Shown one piece after another: positions 1 to 8,676 of a DNA stretch of 54,465 nt. Source of the DNA: an uncultured Nitrososphaerota archaeon (GTDB lineage: Archaea > Korarchaeota > Korarchaeia > Korarchaeales > Korarchaeaceae). Each line of letters opens with the position of its first letter. The stretch's first letter is position 1. The stretch lies in assembly GCA_964618805.1 (NCBI GenBank), contig CAZUBM010000014.1, positions 1 through 54,465 of the forward strand, given 5' to 3'. The notes under the pieces are model-generated. The model was not told the origin of the DNA. It saw only the letters and a list, made by a program, of their open reading frames with translations, and ran no database searches. Both the position numbers and the translations under genes were made by a program.

Positions 1-869
1 TCTGCCAAGCTTTTGATTTGTGGATCGTCGACCTGTATGTATGGAGTTGATTCCATGTACTTCGAGACCGACTCGTTAAAGAGGGAGAGATCAACTGGAT
101 ATGGAGAGCTGGACGTAAATGGACCATAGTACACCTCTTCTTGGACCTTAACTATTCTCGAGACCTTTACGTGCCCTATGCTTGGCGCCCACTCTAAGGA
201 CACCCACTCTCCATTATCTGTTAAGCTTTCATATGGAGGATCTGAAACTATGCTGCTCTCAAGGACCTTCTGAACCCTTCCATATTGCTGAAGGTCCAGG
301 ATCTTCTTCAAGTTAATTGAGATCTTGCTGGATGAGGAGAGAACTATTGTGTAATTGTATGTGGTTAGCTGGACGAACTCTCCCTCAAGAACATACAGTA
401 TGTTGTCGGATGACAGAAGCCAGGTGTTGGTCTCCTTAAACCATTCCTCCATGAATAGGTCAACGGCTTCTGATGTTTCTACACGGGTATGACCTGCCAG
501 TACAATTATTTCCTTCCCATCAGATTCTTCTAAATGAAATACTCTTGCTCCTTCGTTCTTTCTCAAGTTCATTTGCTCTGAAAGAGTCAGGAAGCTGGAT
601 GAAATGGATCCAATCCCCTCATATGCGTCAGGCCCTCCAAGTATGATTGCAGCCATACAACTATGTAGCTCTTCATCGAATTCAGAAGCTCCTACGATCT
701 TTGTGGAGAATCCCTTTTCTATGAGGAAGCGGTTAAGCTTTTCAGCACCAGGCATGTCGACCGAGTTTGAAACTATGAGCAAAACAGGAGTTGGTTCTGC
801 AGCCAACAAAGCTATTTTGAGATCTATCACTAAAAGTAGGAGCAATAAGATGGAGATAAGCTTTCTCAT
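1..869 (-). CDS. Secreted/surface protein, probably transglutaminase-like; runs off the window edge
   Basis: Missing from the ORF track because there is no stop in the window. Manual translation from ATG at 869 gives a signal peptide (MRKLISILLLLLV), an archaeal IILGGPDAYEGIG domain, and YMESTPYIQVDDPQIKSLA, typical of the entry into a transglutaminase core. The catalytic Cys would lie outside the window. Confidence 0.65.
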   Translation of the reverse strand, partial: MRKLISILLLLLLVIDLKIALLAAEPTPVLLIVSNSVDMPGAEKLNRFLIEKGFSTKIVGASEFDEELHSCMAAIILGGPDAYEGIGSISSSFLTLSEQMNLRKNEGARVFHLEESDGKEIIVLAGHTRVETSEAVDLFMEEWFKETNTWLLSSDNILYVLEGEFVQLTTYNYTIVLSSSSKISINLKKILDLQQYGRVQKVLESSIVSDPPYESLTDNGEWVSLEWAPSIGHVKVSRIVKVQEEVYYGPFTSSSPYPVDLSLFNESVSKYMESTPYIQVDDPQIKSLA

Positions 870-925
870 AGGTCTGAGGAAAGGGTTCAAACCTATCGGC
901 TCAATTAGCCTTCACCAAATAAAAA

Positions 926-1579
926 TCATGAGGACTTCCACATAGCATCAATTGCGCTCCACAGGAATTTCGCCCCAAAATACAACAGAAATATCCCAAG
1001 TAAGAACAAAAGGGCCTTATAGCTTTTTTCTCCCAAAAGGTGCTTCCCCTTACTTGAAGCATGGGCAAGCGAGGAAAGCCAAGCATAGTCAAGCCAAACG
1101 TGGAGGAAGAACAACAGAAAAGGACCAGCGTTGGATGCTAGCTCGGTTGAATCATAAATAAGCTTTGCTCCAACTGTTAGCCACCATGCAATGAAGAAGG
1201 GGTTAAGGCCGGTTAGAGACAAGCCTATCCAAAAGCCCCTTCCTCTCTCAATAGAAGGCTCTTCAAACGATTTGTATCTCAAACTAGCGTTCCTTATCCC
1301 TTTGAGCTGAAGAAATCCCAGAACAAGTAGCACAATCCCACCTGAAGCTCCAGCAAGGATCTTAAAGGTAGGAGTATTAAGAAAACTCACAAAACCATAT
1401 GCCAGCGCTAAGATTAATGGAAACTCCACTACAGAATGCCCCAAAGCCATCATAAACCCAGATATCCATCCCTCACCTCTAAGACCTTCTTCTATGGCTG
1501 CAGCCGTTAGAGGGCCTGGAGCTAGTGCCCCTGATGCACTAACGGTAACGACCTCAATTAGGAAGGTAAATGGATCCAT
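926..1579 (-). CDS. LysE family translocator
   Basis: SGALAPGPLT N-terminal motif, LNPFFIAWW, about 6 hydrophobic segments. Confidence 0.9.
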   Translation of the reverse strand: MDPFTFLIEVVTVSASGALAPGPLTAAAIEEGLRGEGWISGFMMALGHSVVEFPLILALAYGFVSFLNTPTFKILAGASGGIVLLVLGFLQLKGIRNASLRYKSFEEPSIERGRGFWIGLSLTGLNPFFIAWWLTVGAKLIYDSTELASNAGPFLLFFLHVWLDYAWLSSLAHASSKGKHLLGEKSYKALLFLLGIFLLYFGAKFLWSAIDAMWKSS

Positions 1580-1697
1580 TTCACCTCTCCTTGCATGTAG
1601 ATCCGATAAGGCTTAAGGGACATGGATCATTTGACCCGACCTAGGGGAGTAGTAACCTTAGGAAAGGAAATAAGCATCGGAGTCCATAATGGTCGGA

Positions 1698-3241
1698 TCA
1701 ACATTTTCCTGACAAGATCGTTTGAACCATGGTTGTTGCGCTTACCACTTCCTCCAAAAGGTCCTCTATGATGGACTCAGCACTTATTATTGATTCTACA
1801 GCTGCTTCAACCTGAGATGCTGCCTGAGATGCGGATTGGGCATAACTTTGGGCCTCCATCAGGTACTCAATTACGCTAGTTGTAAAGCTTGAAGCGCTCT
1901 TTGACGCCTTGGCTGCCGCTGTTGCTGCTATCCAAGCCTTCGCAAACGCTTCATTGAATGCTCCAGCGTTTGCATTTGATATGGTGAAGAGGTGCTTTCC
2001 GTCCTTCTCTGAGTAAGCCAAGGCACTTGCTGTTGCAACCTTCCAGGCTGTTGCAGCTTCCTCAGCGCTCAAACTTGCTCTTGCAGTTGAAGCTGAGACT
2101 GCTCTTGCTTTAGATCGGGCTTCTTCATAGATTTTTGACAAGGCCTCAACCGCTTCGTTTACTTGTGAAAGGGCTTGTGTAGTGGAGTTAACTGCTCCAT
2201 CTATCTCAGTCTCAAGATAAGCTAGCACGCTTATCACTGCTTCTACTTGCGCCTGTACATTTGTCCTGATCTCATCACACTTTATCGATTCGGCTATGCT
2301 TGAAACAGCATTAGCTTGAGTTCTTAATGCCTCTATTGCAGAGGAAATCGCCTGAGCCCTTGAGACAACTTCCTCATGTAGGCTTTCCAATGTCGATTCT
2401 AGCTCCTGTGCCTGGCTTAATGCCTCTGAAATTGCATTCATGGCAGCTATTGCCTTTGCTAATGCCTCTGATGCATCATATGCGCTTTTTTCAGCTATAT
2501 CTGTTGGGATTTTGGTTGTAGAAAATGAGAAGTTCCCTTCAGCCGTTGTAACCTCGTAGAAACCGTATAGGTAATCCTCTATCTCCCCGTACTCGAAAAA
2601 TCCACTTCCATCCCATCCTCCAACCTCGGAAAAGATCGATCCGTTTATAGGCTCGTTTGTAAGGGCAATTCTCATCCAAGCAGATGGAAAGGGGATTGGA
2701 GCAATTAGAGTGACTTGGATAGTCGAGCCTGGGCTTAGATTCACCTGCAGGTTCTTAACATACCACTCTTCCTTCCACTGTACATCGTGATTCGTGTCTA
2801 CCAGCACGTTTATGTACCATGTTGTGATCTTGGCATCCTTGCTGAGGGTTATGTTCACCGATAGCGGTGGAACTGCCCCGGATAAAGTCCGTCGTCATAT
2901 GAATCGTCGTCTACCATGTTTTGGCGTCCATCAGGATCTTTTGGATCCAGAGGCCCTCTTTCACTGCTGACCCCCAATCCAAGCATCGCAACACCCGGAT
3001 TAGCCACATAAGCCCCTGGATTTCCGACCCTGCTGTTCTCCGTTTTATACTTCGTTGGAAACCTTCCCTTCACCAGATGGAAAGGGGGTACGTAACCAGC
3101 ATTGAAGCCATCGGGAGCATCTCCGTAGTCTCCAAGAGGAGGTTCAGCATATTTCTGTGCTAGCGGGTAAATAGCAGCTCCAAAAACCAATCCTAATAAG
3201 AACCCAGCAGCTAAGAGAAGAGGGTATCCAGCTTGTCTCAT
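1698..3241 (-). pseudogene. GEVED-domain surface protein with long Ala/Ser-rich helical C-terminus, split by one frameshift (ORFs 2855..3241 and 1698..2858)
   Basis: Signal/TM segment, DYGDAPD and DDG in the first ORF; LVDTNHD and YGEIEDY in the second. Adding one base to the C4 run at 2876-2879 fuses them (YPGAVPPLSVNITL) into about 514 aa. The frameshift may be a sequencing error. Confidence 0.75.
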
Positions 3242-3618
3242 TCCATGCTCATAGCGCCGTCAGCTCAAAAACATAATGGCTGCTTCGTTGAGTACAGGAG
3301 TTAGCTATTGAGCAAAGCATGTCAGAGCCTCAGGCTACGTTAAACATAAGCCAACGTTCTTGAGTTATGCTTTAGAAGAAAATGCATTTTACAACCTTAA
3401 TAAAGGAAAAATGGATGTAGAGCGCTTAGTAAAACACAGATTATTTGCTCATATCATTTTTAAGAGCCAAAGCCCTTTCATGGAGATTAATTGTAGAGGA
3501 CCGAATTGGAAACCATTGTAAATGAGGAGGGTAACTGAGAAAGATTATGTGAGCGTTCCATTTCATCACGTAATATCATGAAACGCAAGTTTTAACTCAT
3601 TTCCTTGGAAAATAGCTT

Positions 3619-6537
3619 GTGCGCGCAATTCCATTCCTTCTAATCTTAATCTTGATGAATCCATTAAGTCTCATCAATACAACTCTAGAGGTTAGTTCTA
3701 AGGACTTAAGAATTGAGATGGATCGTTCTGGCAGCGTTAAATCGATAATTTTAAGCGGAAGAGAGCTTAATTTAGTTGGAGATTGCTTATTTTGGGTTAG
3801 AGATCTATCAAACTTCTTGCTAGGAAGAAATTTGTTGCCTAAACTTTATGATGGAGTGCCTAAAGGATGGAATTCCCTTGTAAAGGGGAAGTTTGAGCTT
3901 AAGGATGAGGAAGGGAAGTTAACGATCGTTTCCTACGGTGGAACCATGCAGGAGGGAATCCAATTAACTTCAGAACTTTTCCCAGTAAGGGGAGGGGAGG
4001 AGTATGCCGCAACATTGGTGCTAAGCTCGAGCTTTGGGTACATTGAGGAGGGGAAGACCACATCGTTGAGGGTAATCGTTAGCTGGTACGACTCAAAGGG
4101 TGATGTCATACGAGAAGGGGCAGTTCTAATCCCGGAGGGGACAGCATACAGCCCAACCAGGTTTACAAACCTGACAGAGGCACCAAAAGATGCTGTTAAA
4201 GCTTCCCTAAAGGTTTTAGTGAGGGGACAGTCTAGGCTGGGCACCAACCTTGATTTTGAGGCCATTGAACTACTAGAGCTCGGCTTCATAGAGCCGCCTA
4301 GCGATGCAAAGTGGATCCCTGTTAAGGGAACTTTAACATCAGGAGATGAAGGCCTTATTTTCTCCGGAAGAGCTATTGGGCTTGAACTATCAGCTATAAT
4401 CAAAGGAGGAGAAACGATAAACCTCGCTTGTGAGGTAAAGGATGAGAAAGGGGAAGATAGGGCTTTAGAGGTTGCAGTTTCACTTCCTGTTAAGGCATTT
4501 GGTTGGCTTTGGTGGGACGACGCAAGGAGAAGCAGGCAGATAGTTGAGGGAGAAGAGTACTCGAACATTGTAAACTCCTTAGTCTCTGGAGGATACCTTC
4601 CGGTGTCCCTCTACCCTCTAGCAGCTATAACTGACCGAGAACTGGGATTATGCATGGCAGTCCCTCTAGATAGACCTAGGATATTCAGGCTTTGTTATGA
4701 CAATAAAGGGCTTTCTGCGGTGTTTTCTATAGGTCTATCCTCCCTTTATAAGTTTGGGAGGAGGGCTAACTTCTCTCTAGAAATTTTTGGAATAAATGGG
4801 GAATGGGGATTTAGGAGCGCCATAGCAAAGTATTATGGCCTGCATCCAGACTGGTTCAAGCCAAAAGTAGACCTCTCATCCATAAAGGCCAGTTGGGACC
4901 TTGAAAAGTACGGAATATCCTACTTTCAAGCCCACTTCCAATTCTTAAGGGATGAGGAGATGAAAAAACTTGAAAAAGCCGGGGTTTACATGGCTCAGTA
5001 CGTTCTTCCATGGGAATTCGAACCGTACACAAATGCCAAGATCGATGGGCCTGCCCCAAATTACTTGGATATATGGAAGATAGTTGAGGAGGAATCAAAG
5101 GGAAAGGGAGCTATCTCCCTTAAGGCTAAGGCAGCTCTTTTCTCCGCAGCCCTGACTGCTACAGGTGATAAGGCAATAGCCCAGTACAGGAGAGGTCCAA
5201 ATTACAGGCCTGACGAGTGGGTTCCTAAAATACCAATGAACGTCGATCCCAACATGCCCGGCTACAACGTCTGGAGCTACACCCTTGATGTCCTAGAATT
5301 TTCCTTAAAGAAGGCAGAGGAGTGCAATGTAACGATAGATGGTGTTCAGCTCGACAATTTCATGGGAAGGTCAGAATACTTGGATAGCGAGGAGAGGATT
5401 CCTTATTTGGAGGAACCCCCTACTTATGATCCGAACACATTCAGGCCAGCTGTGCACTTATCCTTCTCAGCCATTGAATACTTGAAACGGCTGAGAGAGT
5501 GGATTGACCAGAAAATGGAGGATCCAGGCCTTACAGGAAACTTTATCGCGGAAGGCATGACGAGCTTTGGAGCCATTTATTTGGATGCAATCCCCTTTGA
5601 GGCCAACAGCGTTAGAGGCTTCAATTGGGGCGATAAAGAGCTCCTTTACAGGAGGTTTATAGCCTTAAGGAAGCCCCTGATCGTAGCACATACAGAAACG
5701 AGGATCGACATCAAAGATCAAAGGCATAGGGAAGAAGTCGAGCATTTCTTGGACGAATGCCTTTTCTACGGTGTCCTTGCACAGTTTAGATTGGAGCACT
5801 ATCAAAACTTAGATTTCTTGGAGGTAGTTGGCGAACTACTTGAGAAGGAGGCCGAAATTTCGATTGAACTGATGAGGGCTGGTTGGAGGCCAATAACTAT
5901 GGCGAGAGCGGAGACTTCTTGCGTATGGGTTGAGAGATATGGGGACCCTCCATCCTGTTTCTTTACAGTGTACAACTCAGGAAAGGAAGAGGTTAAAGGC
6001 TCACTTATCATCGAATTTGAGGCCAATTTAGTCGAAATATGGAAAGGTAGAAACCTTGGCGTGGAGAAACTTGATAACAAGACGAAAGTAGCTTTTTCCA
6101 TAGGTCCAAGAGAAACACTCGTTTTTAAAGCCCTTTCTAGAGGAATAGACCTCTCAGTGGAGGATCTTAAGTTTGAGGGAGACATTAAAGCAGATGAAAA
6201 GGTCAAGATTGTGGCTAATTTTCTAGTTCAGGGCATGAAAGAGGTCGAGACTGAAGTAGCTTTAGTCGTTGATGGCACATTTGAGGAAATCAAGAGGGTT
6301 TCGATTGGCAGGGAAAGCTCGGTATCATTTAGCTGGTTAGTCAAGCCAGGAAAGCATGTAATAGAGCTTGTCGTCGACCCTTCTGATGAGATACCTGAGA
6401 TCAACGAGGAAAATAACAGGGCATGGATGGAGTTGTCCGTTCCTTCCTCCAATCTCAGATGGATGATAGTTGCATTGATCTCAGTTTTCTTCATAATCCT
6501 TATTCTAATATTAATGAAGCTTAAAGAGGGTCGTTAG
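3619..6537 (+). CDS. Large membrane-anchored extracellular protein: possible glycoside-hydrolase-like core, CARDB domain, C-terminal TM
   Basis: 972 aa ORF with signal peptide, DGVQLDNF strand, CARDB motif VVDPSDEIPEINEENN, and a hydrophobic anchor followed by a basic tail. The catalytic function is inference only. Confidence 0.7.
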   Translation: MRAIPFLLILILMNPLSLINTTLEVSSKDLRIEMDRSGSVKSIILSGRELNLVGDCLFWVRDLSNFLLGRNLLPKLYDGVPKGWNSLVKGKFELKDEEGKLTIVSYGGTMQEGIQLTSELFPVRGGEEYAATLVLSSSFGYIEEGKTTSLRVIVSWYDSKGDVIREGAVLIPEGTAYSPTRFTNLTEAPKDAVKASLKVLVRGQSRLGTNLDFEAIELLELGFIEPPSDAKWIPVKGTLTSGDEGLIFSGRAIGLELSAIIKGGETINLACEVKDEKGEDRALEVAVSLPVKAFGWLWWDDARRSRQIVEGEEYSNIVNSLVSGGYLPVSLYPLAAITDRELGLCMAVPLDRPRIFRLCYDNKGLSAVFSIGLSSLYKFGRRANFSLEIFGINGEWGFRSAIAKYYGLHPDWFKPKVDLSSIKASWDLEKYGISYFQAHFQFLRDEEMKKLEKAGVYMAQYVLPWEFEPYTNAKIDGPAPNYLDIWKIVEEESKGKGAISLKAKAALFSAALTATGDKAIAQYRRGPNYRPDEWVPKIPMNVDPNMPGYNVWSYTLDVLEFSLKKAEECNVTIDGVQLDNFMGRSEYLDSEERIPYLEEPPTYDPNTFRPAVHLSFSAIEYLKRLREWIDQKMEDPGLTGNFIAEGMTSFGAIYLDAIPFEANSVRGFNWGDKELLYRRFIALRKPLIVAHTETRIDIKDQRHREEVEHFLDECLFYGVLAQFRLEHYQNLDFLEVVGELLEKEAEISIELMRAGWRPITMARAETSCVWVERYGDPPSCFFTVYNSGKEEVKGSLIIEFEANLVEIWKGRNLGVEKLDNKTKVAFSIGPRETLVFKALSRGIDLSVEDLKFEGDIKADEKVKIVANFLVQGMKEVETEVALVVDGTFEEIKRVSIGRESSVSFSWLVKPGKHVIELVVDPSDEIPEINEENNRAWMELSVPSSNLRWMIVALISVFFIILILILMKLKEGR

Positions 6538-6558
6538 TTTCTCTCAACTCATCACAAG

Positions 6559-7257
6559 TCAGTAATCGCTTATGGCGTACTTGACAGCTGCTTCGGCATG
6601 GATCCTTGTTGTATCAAGTATGGGAACCTCGCAGTCCTCCTGCTTGATCAAAAGGGGTAGCTCGGTGCAACCAAGTATGATCCCCTCTGCTCCTCTAGAA
6701 ACTAGATCTTCCAATATCTTCTTGATTTTCTCCTTCGAAGACTGCTTAATTATCCCTAAACATAGCTCTTCGTAGATTATATCGTGGACTACTTGCCTAC
6801 CCTCCTTATCGGGTATTATCACATCTATTCCGTGTTTTCTTCTCAATCTACCTTTGTAAAAATCATCTTCCATGGTAAATTTTGTCCCCAACAGACCAAC
6901 TCTTCTCAAACCAAGCTCTTTGATCTTTTCGGCTGTTACATCTATTATGTTCAGCAGAGGAATGCTTATCCTTTCTTGGACTTCATCGGCCATTTTGTGC
7001 ATCGTGTTCGTGCATATTAGCAAGAAGTCTGCGCCAGCTCCTTCCAACTTTTTTGCTATTTCAATCATTACCTCTGTGAGCTCGTTCCATTTCCCTTCGT
7101 GCTGTAATTCAGCGATTTCCTCAAAGTCAACGGAATACATCAGGATTTTTGCTGAGTGAAGGCCACCTAGCTTCTCCTTAACAATTTCATTGATTATCTG
7201 GTAGTATTCGACCGTAGATTCCCAACTCATTCCCCCTATGAGACCTATCGTTTTCAT
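6559..7257 (-). CDS. Aspartate/glutamate racemase family protein (YgeA/RacX-like)
   Basis: MKTIGLIGGMSWEST, ICTNTMH, ILGCTELP. Confidence 0.95.
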   Translation of the reverse strand: MKTIGLIGGMSWESTVEYYQIINEIVKEKLGGLHSAKILMYSVDFEEIAELQHEGKWNELTEVMIEIAKKLEGAGADFLLICTNTMHKMADEVQERISIPLLNIIDVTAEKIKELGLRRVGLLGTKFTMEDDFYKGRLRRKHGIDVIIPDKEGRQVVHDIIYEELCLGIIKQSSKEKIKKILEDLVSRGAEGIILGCTELPLLIKQEDCEVPILDTTRIHAEAAVKYAISDY

Positions 7258-7476
7258 AATCTCGGAATCTTATCCAATTTACATAAAAAGTTTGAAGCCA
7301 ATTCTTCGAATTATAAACGACACTAAGAACCTTTCTATTCGATCAATAACTCGTCTTCTGGCCACGCTTTATTTTCCAGCCGATTTAAAGTTCGGAGGGT
7401 GTTTTACTAACTTTCTATGCTTTCTTCTTTCCTTAAAGGAAGTTAAACCATCTCCAATTTTTCCTGCATATTTTGC

Positions 7477-8421
7477 TCAGAGCTTGTCTCTTTTCAATCT
7501 GCCAGTCATGCAAGATATGCCACCGTTACCCTTCATCAGCTCATCCACTTTTACCTCTATTATCCTTATACCAGCTTCTCTAAGCCTTTTCTTGGTCTTC
7601 TTGGCTCCTCTCTTTCCCATAACTATAGTTCCTGGCTCAAGCGCTACTAAGTTTGTAGCTCTGTCTATCAGCGCTTCACTAGGATCCTCTACCTCTATTA
7701 TGTCTTATCCATGCTCTTTTAGCCTCGAAACAACGATATAGGGCACGTGCCATGGAAGAGTATTGCAAGATCCCTGTCTACTATGTTAAGGCGGCCATCT
7801 ACATGCGCTTGGCCGTAGGGTATAGGAAACTCTATGACCTCCCTAACTCCCATTGTCCTAAGGACCTCAGTCACTTGATTTGCTCCCTCTCGATTCGTGC
7901 GCACCCCTATCCCAAGGACAACTGTCTCCTCGTTTAGCCAAAGGAGATCAGCCCCCTCAAAAGTTCCATGACCATGAATCGTCCTTATTATTGGAACTCC
8001 TAGCTCAACAAGCCTTCTAGCAGCATAGTATACCTCCTTCCTCCTCACTTTTAAGGCAGGTCTAGCAATTATAGCCCCTCCAGGGGTCATCGCAAATTGA
8101 TCGTGAACGAAGAAGGCATTAGGGCAGTTTTTACATGTCTCCTCAACGTAATAGACATCAACCCCGTATCTTCTGTAGGTTTCTGCCAATTCCTCGTGCT
8201 CTTTTCTAGCCTCTTCCACGTCTTCTATGGGCTCGCTAAATCTAGCAACCATAGGATCCATCCCCTCTATCTCCTTTCCAGGTTTATGGAGGAGCACTGC
8301 CCTACGCCTGCCGACCTCTGAGTTAAGTTCCCACCCCCCATACCCAGGGCATGTCCTCCAAGAAGCTGGTCCTTTCAGGGAACCATCTCTCACCGCTGGC
8401 ACTCAGTTCAGGCAAGATCAT
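7477..8421 (-). pseudogene. Amidinotransferase / arginine deiminase family pseudogene
   Basis: GERWFPERTSF, SEVGRRRAVLLHKPG, GTFEGAD, HVDG and C-terminal ELMKGNGGISCMT lie in different frames. There are frameshifts near 8335 and 7752 and an in-frame TAA near 7705. Confidence 0.85.
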
Positions 8422-8676
8422 CACCTATAGAGGATGTAAAACAATGCATCAAACCCTGTTAACGCTGGATCTCTCCACCTATAATTGGGCTCCTTATTAT
8501 CCGATCTTCTATTATTTCTAGTTTGACTTAAATTCATGACTTCACTTATCAGAACTCCAAGTCCCGCTTTTGTTCGAGAAATCTTCTCTAAGGAGAGAAT
8601 TATTTTGAATTATAAGTTAGTTAAATGCCTCATCGAAACCTGAGGAATTTTATGCTGATCCAATGGACTGATGAGC

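Noticed and set aside
7700-7710. Stop-codon recoding (Sec/Pyl) as the explanation for in-frame stops
   Set aside because: The stop is TAA and the gene also has frameshifts, which is consistent with decay.
7238-7741. 167-aa plus-strand ORF
   Set aside because: Largely the antisense of the amidinotransferase pseudogene's C-terminus.
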